From Squalus acanthias (lineage: Eukaryota), in assembly GCA_030390025.1 (NCBI GenBank), contig CM059432.1:107448001-107512000 (forward strand): 64,000 nt of DNA, in the 5' to 3' direction. The notes under the pieces are model-generated. The model was not told the origin of the DNA and searched no databases. It was given only the letters and a program-made list of their open reading frames with translations. How positions within the stretch are numbered: the first letter of the stretch is position 1; every line of letters starts with the position of its first letter. Shown one piece after another: positions 11,875-23,706 of this stretch. The position numbers were made by a program, and so were the translations under genes.

Positions 11875-13272
11875 AACCCAGCAACCACAGGCCAGTCAGT
11901 TTAACCTTGGTAGTGGGGAAGCTTTTAGAAACAATAATCAGGGACAAAATTAACAATCACTTGGACAAGTGTGGATTAATTAAGGAAAGCCAGCATGGAT
12001 TTGTTAAAGGCAAATCGTGTTTAACCAACTTGATCGAGTTTTTTGATGAGGTAACAGAGAGGGTTGATGAGGGCAATGCGGTTAACGTGGTGTACATGGA
12101 TTTCCAAAAGGCGTTCAGCAAAGTGCCACATAATAAGCTTGCCAGCAAAGTTGAAGCCCATGGAATAAAAGGGACAGTGGCAGCATGGATACAAAATTGG
12201 CTAAGTGACAGGAAACAGAGAGTAGTGGTGAACGGTTGTTTTTTGGACTGGAGGAAGGTGGTGTTCCCCAGGGGTCAGTTTTAGGACCACTGCTTTTCTT
12301 GATATATATTAATGACTTGGGCGTGGGTGTACAGCGCACAATTTCAAAATTTGCAGATGACACAAAACATGGAAGTATAGTGAACAGTGAGGAGGAGAGT
12401 GATAGACTTCAAGAGGACATAGACAGGCTGGTGGAATGAGTGGACACGTGGCAGAAGAAATTTAACGCAGAAAAGTGCAAAGTGATACATTTTGGTAGAA
12501 AGAATGAGGAGAGGAAATATAAACTAACGGGTACAATCCTAAAGGGGGTGCATGAACAGAGAGACCTGGGGGTATGTGTGCACAAATCGTTGAAGGTGGC
12601 GGGGCAGGTTGAGAAAGCAGTTAAAAAAGCTTACGGGATCCTGGGCTTCATGAATAGAGGTATAGAGTTGAAAAGCGTGGAAATTATGACGAACCTGTAT
12701 AAAACACTGGTTCGGCCTCAACTGGAGTATTGTGTCCAATTCTGGGCACCGCACTTTAGGAAGGATCTGAAGGTCTTAGAGAAGCTGCAGAAAAGATTTA
12801 CGAGAATGATTCCAGGGATGAGGGACTTCAGTTACATGGATAGACTGGAGAAGCTGGGGTTGTTCTCCTTGGGGTAGAGAAGATTGAGAGGAGATTTGAA
12901 AGAGTGTTCAAAATCATGAGGGGTCTGGGCAGAGTAGATAGACGGAAACTGTTCCCATTGGCAGAAGGGTCGAGAACCAGAGGACACAGATTTAAGGTGA
13001 TTGGCAGAAGGACCAAAGGCGACATGAGGAAAAACTTTTTTACTCAGCGAGTGGTTAGGATCTGGAATGCACTGCCTGAAAGGGTGGTGGAGACAGACTC
13101 AATCACAGCTTTCAAAAGGGAGTTGGATAAGTACCTGAAGGAAAATAATTTGCAGGGCTACGGCGAAAGGGCGGGGAGTGGGACTAGCTGAGGTGCTCTT
13201 GCAGAGAGCCGGCACGGACTCAACGAGCCGAATAGTCTTCTTCCGTGCTGTAACCATTCTATGATTCTATGA
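11875..13272 (+). mobile_element. 5'-truncated CR1 LINE (RT + 3' UTR)
   Basis: SQHGFVKGKSCLTNL, YMDFQKAF, FADDTK, LVRPQLEYCVQFWAP; ends in (ATTCTATG)n. Confidence 0.93.
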
Positions 13273-14328
13273 TAGTGAATTTAAAGCCAAAAGCTGTAAA
13301 ACAGCATTAGTTGTGGTTTGTTGCACCGGAATTTGCTTTTCTTCTGTGCTATTCATCAACAAGTTCTAACAGGGAGTATCTAGTAATCTCCAGTGTAAAT
13401 TAGTTTTGAGCATTTTGCCCCACTGTGTAACTGGCTTGTGCAGCTGCTCATGATCCTGCTCGGTCACCAAGGAAACCATTACTGTTGTTCATGTTACCTT
13501 TTAAATTACATTTGAGGAGGTGTTTGATCTTTTTGCCTTTTAGTTTCTCATAAATATCGGGATCGGCACAGTGAGATTCAGGCCAATGCACCTGTTACTT
13601 AAAACACCAGGAAGCTGAGATCACCATCCTATTGCATCAGACACATTGCATCTTTTCCAAGAGGCTCCTGAAGACCTTCAAACCCTGAAATGGGTCAGTG
13701 GTATTGGGTGGATTACAATGATATGCATTAAGGGTGCCTTCACACTGCAGCTACCCATCTCCATCAGTAGCTGCAGTTAGGGTTCCAGCCAGGCAGTACC
13801 CTAACTACACTGCTTGATTCCTGCTTGTCTGGGACTCAAAATTCCTGCCCAAGAGAGAGCAGTGCGCAGGCCTGAACACACTGAGCTCTCTCCCCAGAGT
13901 TAGAATATTTCAATGGTCAGAGAGTGGCTATAGGAGAACCCCCACTCGCTAAATATTTAAATTAAGGTTGGGTAGGTTTGCAAAGCGTCCAAAGGTTCTA
14001 CCAGACCCCATGAGCTCTTTATAAACTAAGGCCTAGAAATTGGATAAGGCCCGAAAACAGGCTGTGTCACGGGCCAGCGCTATTTGCCTGCACCTCTTCT
14101 AAGTGATGCAAGCAGCACGCAAAATTTGTGCTGCCTGCTCATTAACATGATTGGAGCGCTGATTTCAGCGCTAAACGCTTGGCTTACCGCTCAACGGGGG
14201 GGGGGGGGGGGGGGAGGCGGGGGGCAATATTGGGTGCAGTTTAATGGCCAATAAAGTTTGGCCTACACTCTCTGCACTACTTAAAGGGTTTGTTGCAGAA
14301 ACACCTCATTCTCACTCTGGAGCAAGCC

Positions 14329-14990
14329 ATGTCGCAACAACCTAGAGAACGAGTTAGAAGATTTTCAGATGCTGCACTGGAGGCTTTGGTCCTGGGGGTG
14401 CAACGAAAGTGGGCTGTCCTCTACCCGTAGGGAGGCAAGAGGCCACCCAAGGTCATTTGCAGAAGGCTGAATCTGTCATGGCCACCAGTGTGATCCCAAG
14501 GACCTGGATTCATGCCGAATAAAGTTTAATGACCTTACACGGCTGGTTAAGGTGAGTGAAGGCTTCAGTAAATGCCATATCCCGCCATCTGCACCACAAG
14601 CCTCACACACTGCTCAATGCACCACACCCCCATCACTCACCTACCAACAATCTCTACCGATCACCACTCACACCTCACGATCAGAGCTTCACTTCACCCT
14701 CACACACTTACCACTGCTGCAACACTCACAGCTTGCACACACTGACAGATATTTAACTATGACAGGCACATCACCCAAACACATTGTACTACCCTCACTG
14801 ACACACTTTCCTTTCTCTTGCAGGCAAAGGTGGCTCACAACAGGAGGGAGCAACAACAGACGGGAGACGGCCAAGCCGCAATAGAGAATCTGACGGACCT
14901 GGAGGAAGCCATGCTTGAAACCATTGGAGGGGCAGTGACAGAGTCCGTGGCTAGCGGCGAAGTTGAAACCATTGCTGATGATGACAGTAT
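14329..14990 (+). pseudogene. Harbinger Myb/SANT-like DNA-binding protein remnant, two exons
   Basis: MSQQPRERVRRFSDAALEALV...LYP*GGKRP...KFNDLTRLVK|gtgagt (donor ~14552), then ...tcttgcag|AKVAHNRREQQQTGDG (acceptor ~14823); stop codon and frameshift present. Confidence 0.75.
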
Positions 14991-15069
14991 GCTCATACCT
15001 TCTCACATCCCACTTCCCCCTCATACCACAATCACTTCTCACTTGCAAGCCGCTGATGGTATATGCATG

Positions 15070-15330
15070 GATAAGAAAAGTGAAATTAGGAAACACTTCT
15101 ACACAAAAAGGGTGGTAGAAGTTTGGAACTCCCTTCCGCAAACGGCAATTGATGCTAGGTCAATTGTTAATTTTAAATCTGAGATTGATAGATTTTTGTT
15201 AACCAAAGGTATTAAGGGATATGGGCCAAAGGCGGGTATATGGAGTTAGGTCGCAGATCAGCCATGATCTCATTCAATGGCGGAACAGGCTCGAGGGGCT
15301 AAATGGCCTCCTCCTGTTCCTATGTTCCTA
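15070..15330 (+). mobile_element. CR1 3' fragment inserted in the Harbinger element
   Basis: EIRKHFYTKRVVEVWNSLP...KGIKGYG, followed by the CR1 3'UTR ctcgaggggctaaatggcctcctcctgttcctatgttcc. Confidence 0.85.
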
Positions 15331-15599
15331 AGAAGAGACACCGGCACTGCATTTGACAGTCGCAGACACAAGCTCAGAAAATGGCACTGCCCGGACTTTA
15401 GAGGATAGTATAGAGGCGGGATCTGCACACGGTGAGTCACCAGTACGAGTGATTTTGATTGCATTTGGATAAATTTATGATTTTTGTTTGGAATGTGTGT
15501 TTTGTGGTGACTCTCATTTCAGCTTTGTGCCCAGGAGGACGCTGTGATGTTCCATGACAGAGGGATGGTATGATGGGGATGTGGTGAGCAACGGGGATC

Positions 15600-16663
15600 T
15601 GGAGTTTCATTCACTGGAATCGGAGTCTGATGAGCCGTTCACGGACAGCCCGTCCGGATGGACGATTGGCTGCCTGCCTCCTCCCTCTCTCCTCCTCTTC
15701 CTAAGGTGGTCCCGCAATCCCTGGTGGCAAGGACTGAGCCTTCATGATGGCCAAGTTAGGGAGCATGCAGCAGACCACCACGAAATGGGGCATCTGCTCT
15801 GGCGAGTACTGGTGGGCTCCTCCTGATCTGTCAAGGCAGCAGAACCATTACTTGAGCACCCCAATGGTCTGCTCGATGACGTTCCTGGTGGCAGCATGGC
15901 TGTCATTATATGAGTGCTGGGCACAAGTGGTGGGGATGCGGAGGGAGTCATCAGCAGGGTGCAGAGTGGATAGCCGTTGTCTCTAAGCAGCCACCCTTGG
16001 GTTTGATGTGGTGGCTGGAAGTTTGCTGACACACCAGACTGGCGCAGGATGAAGGCATTGAGACTGCTGCCAGGATAGCGGACATTCACCATCATGATGC
16101 ACTGGGTGTGGTCGCACAACAACTGCACGTTAAGTGAGTGGTAGACTTTGCAGTTACGGAACATCTCAGGATTGGTATACGGTGCCTGCAAAACCACGTG
16201 TGTGCAGTCGATGGCACCCTGCACCATGCGGAAGCCAGCTACCCTGGGAAAGGCACATGCACACTCGTCCTGCTTCTCTCTGTTCAGAGAGAAGACAATG
16301 AAGTCCCTTCTCCTGGAGTACAGAGCCTCTGTGACCTCCCAGATGCAGCGATGGACGTCAAACTGGGAGATGTTAGCTATGTCTCTTGCTGCAGACTGGA
16401 AGGATCTGCTGGCGAAGAAATTGTGGGCCACGGTGACCTTGAGAGCCACTGGGAGCACCGTGGTCGCCCTGTTCTCAGGCTGCAGGTCTGGTTGCAGGAG
16501 GTGGCAGAGTTCTATGACCACCTCCTTACTGAAGCGAAGCCTCCTAATACACTGCTCCTCGCTTAAGTGGATATAAGAGAAGTGCTCTCGGAAGATCCTA
16601 GGTGGGTAAGGCCTCCTGCTGAGAGCCCTCCTGGCCCTCCTCCTCCTCGCTCTGCGAGTATCT
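15600..16663 (-). pseudogene. HARBI1-like DDE transposase remnant (N-terminal coding part displaced to ~19010-19090)
   Basis: LPVALKVTVAHNFFASRSFQ...VQGAIDCTHV...FRNCKVYHSLNVQLLCD...RYPGS...GWLLRDNGYP...LMTP are PIF/Harbinger motifs; frameshifted. Confidence 0.9.
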
Positions 16664-19010
16664 TATAGAATCATAGAATGGTTACAGCATGGAAGAAGGC
16701 CATTCAGCCCGTTGAGCTCATGCCGGCTCTCTGCAAGAGCACTTCAGCTAGTCCCACTCCCCTGCCCTTTCCCCGTAGCCCTGCAAATTTCTTTCATTCA
16801 GATACTTATCAAACTCGCTTTTGAAATACATGATTGAGTCTGCCTCCACCACCCTTTCAGGCAGTGCATTCCAGATCTTAACCACTCGCTGCATAAAAAA
16901 GTTTTTTCTTACGTCGCCTTTGATTCTTTTGCAAATCACCTTAAATCTGTGTCCTCTGGTTCTCAAATCTTCTGCCAATGGAACAGTTTCTCTCTATCTA
17001 CTCTGTCTAGACCCCTCATGATTTTGAACACCTCTATCAAGTCTCCTCTCAATCTTCTCTGCTCCAAGGAGAACAACCCCAGCTTCTTCAGTCTGTCAAC
17101 GTAACTGAAGTTCTTCATTCCTGGAATCATTCTCGTAAATCTTTTCTGCACTCTCTCTAAGGCCTTCAGATGCTTCCTAAAGTGCGGTGCCCAGAATTGG
17201 ACACAGTGCTCCAGTTGAGACCGAACAAGTGTTTTATACAGGTGCATCATAATTTCCACACTTTTGTACTCTATGGGCTGGATTTTGTCAATGGGGACGT
17301 GATGGAGGCGGTACTCCCACTTTTTGGGTTGCAGTCCCGCCTCCATCGACTTGTGGCCAACCCACTCGATTTTCCCTTGATTGACCTTGTTGAGCCGGCC
17401 AATTAAGGGCCACCCGGCAACAGGTGACGTCACAGATTGACATTTCATCTGTCAAGAGCTTTTGACAGATGAAATATCAGCATTTGACAGCTCCTTGAAG
17501 CTGTCAAACACTGACAATCTGTCCTCTAAGTTAATTCCTTCCTCTCAGGCTGATTTAGAGATCTCCGCAGAACAAAAAGCAGAGGCTGCAGCTTTTGACA
17601 GCTCAACGGCCATTCTGCTTTCTGCGCCGGTGAGATTTCTGACTCCCGAGACCTGAAGGGCTGACGCCTGCAGGAGGAAGTTAAGGTAAGTAAAACTTTT
17701 TTCCACACTTTACACTTACCTTACACACTTACCTCTGCACACATGCACCCATCACTCACCTGCCCACCGGACATATTGACCCTTCCAACCCCTGCAGACC
17801 CACGGTCCACCTCGCTAAATCGGCGTGGTTCGGACCTGTCGGGAAGCCCACATTTCAGGGCTAAAAATAGGGATTAGGCAAAAAACTGCCTGTTAACTAC
17901 CTGCTAACAGGCAGTTTATTGGCACTAATCCCCTTCCCACCTCGGGGAGGCGGGTCCCAGCACAGGTCGGGTACCCGCCTCCTGTGAAACTGGCATGGAG
18001 GCGGGTTGGGGGCGGGATGGGTTCGGGACCCCCGAATCTGCAATTTTAACCCCCCACACGCCTCCAAACCTGCCTCCACGGGTCAATGAAAATTCTGCCC
18101 ATACCTCTATTCATGAAGCCCAGGATCCCCTGAGCCTTTTTAACTGCTTTCTCAACCTGCCCTGCCACCTTCAATGATTTGTGCACACATAGCCCCAGGT
18201 CTCTCTGTTCGTGCACCCCCTTCAGGATTGTACCATTTAGTTTATATGTCCTCTCCTCATTCTTTCTACCAAAATGTATCACTTCACACATTTCTGCGTT
18301 AAATTTCATCTCACATGTGTCTGCCCATTTCACTAGCCTAACTATGTCTTCTTGAAGTCTATCACTCTCCTCCTCACTGTTCACTATACTTCCACGTTTT
18401 GTGTCATCTGCAAATTTTGAAATTGTGCCCTGTACTCCCACGCCCAAGTCATTAATATATATCAAGAAAAGCAGTGGTCCTAGTACCGACCCCTGGGGAA
18501 CACCACTGTATACCTTCCTCCAGTCCAAAAAACAACCATTCACCACTACTCTCTGTTTCCTGTCACTTAGCCAATTCCGTATCCATGCTGCCACTGTCCC
18601 TTTTATTCCATGGGCTTCAACTTTGCTGGTAAGCCTATTATGTGGCACTTTATTGAACGCCTTTTGGAAATCCATGTACACCACGTCAACCACATTGTCC
18701 TCATCAACCCTCTCTGTTACCTCATCAAAGAACTCAATCAAGTTAGTTAAACACGATTTGCCTTTAACAAATCCGTGCTGGCTTTCCTTAATTAATCCAC
18801 ACTTGTCCAAGTGACTGTTAATTTTGTCCCTGATTACTGTTTCTAAAAGCTTCCCCACTACCGAGGTTAAACTGACTGGCCTGTAGTTGCTGGGTTTATC
18901 TTTACACCCTTTTTTAAACAATGGTGTAACATTTGCAATTCTCCAGTCCTCTGGCACCACCCCCGTATCTAAGGCGTATTGGAATAATATGGCCAGTACC
19001 TCCGCGATTT
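16664..19010 (-). mobile_element. 5'-truncated CR1 LINE inserted in the Harbinger transposase and itself split by a MITE
   Basis: RT ORF 18046-18960 continues at 16963-17274 (EYKSVEIMMHLYKTLVR); (ATTCTATG)n tail at ~16664-16680. Confidence 0.92.
17275..18100. mobile_element. Harbinger-type MITE (TIR gggctggatttt / aaaattctgccc)
   Basis: Interrupts CR1 sequence ...gtactctat|atacctctattc... with a short AT-type duplication. Same family as 56007-56771. Confidence 0.8.
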
Positions 19011-19619
19011 CCTCCTCTTCTCCACTGCCTCATCTCCCTCTCCTGAAGATACTCGAGCGCAAGAGGGAATTCAAGTAGAGCCCACATAACTGTGAGCAAG
19101 TGGTGTGGGCAGAAGCATTTAAATAAGAATCAAGGTGTTCTGTACTAGCAGCGACACTCCATGTGACCGTAGCAACTTTAAACAAGTTTAGAAAGCTGCA
19201 AGGGCTGCAGAAACTTAGACAGAGCCAGTCAAACTGAGAAACCATGTCAGCTGCAAGTTGTTGTTGATGATCCCTTTAAGTAGCACTGCTGGGGGCTCCT
19301 TCCTGCTGCTGAACGCTTGGTCAGCTGGTCAGGATTAAGAGAGAGCAGTAAGTGGAGTGGCGACGTCGAAAATGGCAGATAGTGTGTCAAATCAGCGTTG
19401 CACACTCATTGACATCATGATCTGCCTCATTTCCATTTCTACAGCGATTGCTGGCAACAACAGGGCTGCCAACCTCCGCAAAATGGCGGCCGCCGCTGGA
19501 CCCGTCGGAAGCAGGCCGAAGTGAGTCGGCCACCATTTTTTCATCAAACGGGCCTTAATGGCCGGCGCTAACCCCCTGAATTTCTAGGCCTATGTTTGAA
19601 ACCACACTGCATTTAATTT

Positions 19620-20060
19620 CATTGCTATAGCATTTGTCACAACCTCTGGATGTCCCAAAATGCTTCACAACCGATGAAGAACTTTTAAAGTGTAATCAGT
19701 GTTGTAATGTAGGAATGCAGCAGCCAATTTGTGCACAGCAAGCTCCCACAAACAGCAATGTGATAATGAGAAGGTGACCGTATTTTTAGTGACGTTGGTT
19801 GAGGGATAAATATTGGTCAGTTCATCGGGGAGAACTCGCCTGGTCTTCTTTGAATAGTGCCTTGGGATATTTTACCCAAGAGGGCAGATGGGGACTCAGT
19901 TTAACTTCTCATCCAAAAGACGGCACCCCCGACAGTACAACACTCCCTCTGTACTGGGCTGGAGTGTCAGCCTAGATTGTGTGCTCAAGTCTCTGGAGTG
20001 GGGCTCGAACTTGCAAACCTTCTAACTCAGAGGTGAGAGTGCTACCAACTGAGCCAAGGT
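19620..20060 (-). mobile_element. Deu-domain tRNA-SINE (SacSINE1-like), older copy
   Basis: tRNA-like head (ggctcagttggtagc...gttcgagccc) at the right end; body homologous to 23707-24169. Confidence 0.75.
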
Positions 20061-21894
20061 TTCCACTTACAACAAAAACCCATGGAGCTTGATTCCCTTG
20101 CCTCTGGCTCTGAGAATCTACTTCACCCTCTAGTCAAGTTGAGTCCAGATTAGCACTGCAAGTTTAACATTGGTGCAAATCTCAGACTTCTAACCTGGCA
20201 CAAATTAATGTTAATTTATGGGCAGTTTGTGCTATAGACTAGCACCCAGTAGGAGTTGGGTTGCCAAACTAGCCACATTCTGGTATATTCCATCCTATCA
20301 ATCTACCCTGGATTTGAGTCAAGTTCCCAGAATTGAAAACAGAGTGGAGTATATTTTGGTCTGGGCCTCTTTTTGGACCTAGACACGACAGTGCGTGACC
20401 AGCATGTACCCAAAACAAGGGGCTCGAGAACAAGAACATACTCAGCATGAGCTGTTGGTGTTGGTGATGCTTCCACAGGCAGCTCACCCGAACGAAAACA
20501 TCAATGTTGGGCCACCTGCCTCACCTGCAGCGGCCCTTAGATAAGTCTGGGGTTGGGGGGTGAGGGGGGAGGGCGGCGGGGTTGGAACAGGCTACTGAGG
20601 GGGCTAAACAGAACTCCTATGGAGTCGGTGGGGGGTGGGGGCAGCACTCTGCTCCTCCGGCTTCACAGGAACTGTTTAAAAAGAATTTCACCTACCTCTC
20701 ATGGGTAGCCGCTGCAGAATCCTGAGCAGGGTAGGTCCGACACCTGCCTTGGTCATCACCAACAAAATTCTTGATGGGATCCTTCAACAGGTGTCAGGCC
20801 CCTGATTTACATACATAGGGGGCCTAATATCTATTTTAGGCCTCCGCCTGGGATGCCTAAAAATAGAGTCCCATGAATTTACCAATGCCTGTGCAGGTTG
20901 GGTGAAGGCCGTCCCATTGTTAATTGGTATGCTTTGTGGTCGTTTCACACCCAAAGAACAGGTGAAATGCATACCAATTTCTATCCTATTATTTTAACCA
21001 ACCATACCATCCAAGGCCCTCGAAATTTAGGTTTCAGAAATCCCAACCAAATTCTAAATAACCCCTAGATAATACTTGGCACTGAACATAATAAAAAGCA
21101 AATGCAAAGATATTAGGAAAAATTTTACTCAAAGAACAATAACTGTTCTAGAATAATTTACCAGGCAGAATAATAGACACAATTACACTGGGGTATTCAA
21201 AATATAGTTGGATGGTAGGCTGGCACAGTAAAAGTAGAGGGCTGGTCTCGATGGGGCAAAAGGCCATTTTTCACCCTCAGCATTCCCATTACATGGTTGG
21301 TATAAGCGCTGCTGATTCGTGTCCCGATATAATGATGCTAAACATAAAAATATTAATGAAATACTCAATATCTCCAGATATAATGTAGCATTTCACAAAT
21401 TCAGAAAGAAAAACGTGATAAAATTGTTTCATTATCTGATTGTAACACGCTCATTGAGTGTATTCTCAACATTTTTGTCTAAGATTTAGCATGGTATTGG
21501 CTTCCTCAATTCTGTCACAGTACGTAATGCGTTATAAACCAATTTCCATCACAGAAATCATGTCCCCGCTTAACTTGATACAATTGTTACAGATTTTAGT
21601 CAGTTTGTCTGTGCCTGTGCCTGATATCAACAAATAGGTCAAGTCATTCAATTCAAAATCAAACATCTTGTGCAATTTGTTTATACATGCATTTCATTGG
21701 TAGCTTTAAAAAAAAAGTTATTTAAATTTACTTGGTCTCAATATTATCTTATCTACTTGTCTTGTTCAAAGTGGGGAATCTGTCTTTCACCTTCAAAGAG
21801 AGGTAGTCAGGCTAGTTAGCTTATGTAAATAGTAAGAAAAAAAGAACTGCCACATTTAGCACAATGTCACTGAAATAATTTGAAGCGGGTTCTC

Positions 21895-22290
21895 TATTCA
21901 TTCCCTGAGCCTCGCTGACAAGCTTGGCATTTATTGCCCATCCCTAGTTGCTCTGAGACAGTGGTGGTGGGCCTTCTTCTTGAACCATTGATTAGTGGTT
22001 TTGATACAACTGAGTGGCTTGCTTGGCACTTAAGAATCACCCAAATGGTGTAGAACCTGCCAGACCAGGTAAGAATGGCAAGTTTCCTTCTCTAAAGGAT
22101 GTTAGTGAACCATTTGGGTTTTTATGACAATTCTAACAGCTTCATGGTCACTTTTACTGAAACCAGATTTTTTGAATTTTCAATCTGTCATGGTGGGATT
22201 TAAACTCACATTCTCTGGGTGATTAGTCTGTTAGATGATTAGGCCTCTGCATTACTAATCCAGTAACATAACCACTATACTACTGTATCC
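21895..22290 (-). mobile_element. Second tRNA-derived SINE family; tail shared with the LINE at 61400-62515
   Basis: The minus-strand head has A/B-box-like tagtggttatgttactgg...gagtttaaatccc; the tail is gcaactagggatgggcaataaatgcc. Confidence 0.65.
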
Positions 22291-22424
22291 TAATTGCCTA
22301 GATATGTGAGCAAGCTAGCTAGAGCTCAACTATGAGAATAGTTTGGACCATAGAAGCCAAAGACAGCAGTAAAGAAAGAGAAAGAAAGTCCAAAACAGAA
22401 CAGTAATCTTATATTGTCACTCAC

Positions 22425-22523
22425 AGGACGTGGAGTAATGTGCTGAATTTGGGGTTTAATGCCTCCGTGCTCCTGAGGAATATATTGACCGCTACCATCA
22501 CCACTGGCATCTCCAGAAGAACC
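22425..22523 (-). CDS. COL15A1: Collagen XV alpha-1, 99-nt Ser-Gly-rich exon (GSSGDASGDGSGQYIPQEHGGIKPQIQHITPRP)
   Basis: gccacag|GGT TCT TCT GGA...CGT CCT|gtgagt, phase 0-0, separated from the 75-nt exon by a 102-nt intron. The Ser-Gly/Asp motifs are typical glycosaminoglycan attachment sites of multiplexins. Confidence 0.85.
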
Positions 22524-22625
22524 CTGTGGCAAAGCAATCAATATCGACAAATAAAAATCCAGTGGTAAAAAGAACATGTTAAATCAGTCTTGAGAGGGGC
22601 ACACTGAAATGGAAAGTTAACTTAC

Positions 22626-22700
22626 ATCTGGCTCGACCTCATAACATTGTTCCTCACTAGCCCGTGGGTCTGATTTAATCGTCAGTTCTTGGATGGACCC
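22626..22700 (-). CDS. COL15A1: Collagen XV alpha-1, 75-nt exon ending the TSPN domain (GSIQELTIKSDPRASEEQCYEVEPD)
   Basis: tgtttttcag|GGG TCC ATC...CCA GAT|gtaag, phase 0-0. Homologous to GSLQQLTVHPDPRTPEELC of mammalian collagen XV. Too short for the ORF track; read by hand. Confidence 0.92.
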
Positions 22701-23149
22701 CTGAAAAACACAAGACAGATTAAAGATTTCAAAAACTTTGAACTGTTGACCCAAATGGTGTTCACAAAAATGTCCCATGTGCTTGTTGATTTCGCATCTT
22801 CACACTCCTCCCTTGGAGAATAGATTCGCAGGCTAATGTGAATGTCCTTCCACAGTCGTAACCATCTTTATTCCAGCCGGTAGGATGGATAGTCCTATAT
22901 TGCAGGAGGGTATTAGAGGCTCCCACAACCCATACAGTGAAGGGTTGGGGGGGCACCCATACCCATACCCACCAGACATGAGCACCGGACTGGATGTCAA
23001 TCCAGTATTCAGAGCTAGAGCTCCAGTATCCACTCGGCTGGACTGTCTCGAGCGGGGTTCAAACCCTGCACCCTCTGACTCAGAGGTTGGTATGCTACCA
23101 CTAAGGCGCCCTGCTCCCTGTTAAAAGTGTTGATACATAAACAACATGT

Positions 23150-23590
23150 AAAAGAAAGAGCTAGCATTTCTAAAGCGCCTTTCATGACCTCAGCGCTTTA
23201 CAGTCAATTAAGTACTTTGAAGTGTAGTCATTGTTGTAATTTAGGAAACGCAGTTGCCAGAATTGCGTATAGCAAGGTCCCACAATGAGATAAATGACGA
23301 GTTCATCTGGTTTAGGTGTTGGTCGAGGGATAAGTGTTGGCCAGGACTCTGGGGAGAACTCTCCTGCTCTTCTTCAAATAATGGCATGGGATCTTTTATG
23401 TCCACCTGAGAGTGTAGATGGGGTCTTGGTTTAGCATCTCATCTGAAAACCGGTACTTCCGACAGTGCAGCACTCCCTCATTACTGCACTGAAGTGTCAG
23501 CCTAGATTATGTGCTCAAGTCACTGGAGTTGGGCTTTAACACACAACCTTCTGACTCAGAGATGAGAGTGAGACAACGCTGACACCCTAA
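23150..23590 (-). mobile_element. Deu-domain tRNA-SINE copy
   Basis: Homologous to the adjacent copy at 23707-24169. Confidence 0.75.
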
Positions 23591-23706
23591 AAAAGGAGGC
23601 ACACAATGTGTTAAGTGAATATTAAACCGTACTCCCAAAGTTCTGGCCATAAGAGCATATTTGCCGCTGGAGTTCAGTTTAGCTCTGTGAGCACTATCTA
23701 TGCTAT

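Larger units (their letters stand above)
14029..19591. mobile_element. Decayed autonomous-type PIF/Harbinger transposon (13-bp TIR AGGCCTAGAAATT) containing nested CR1 and MITE insertions
   Basis: aggcctagaaatt at 14029-14041 and aatttctaggcct at 19579-19591. Convergent Myb/SANT and DDE transposase remnants lie inside. Confidence 0.85.

Noticed and set aside
15742..16521. Host (domesticated) HARBI1 gene
   Set aside because: It is frameshifted, has degenerate catalytic motifs, is interrupted by CR1 and is bounded by TIRs, so it is a transposon remnant.
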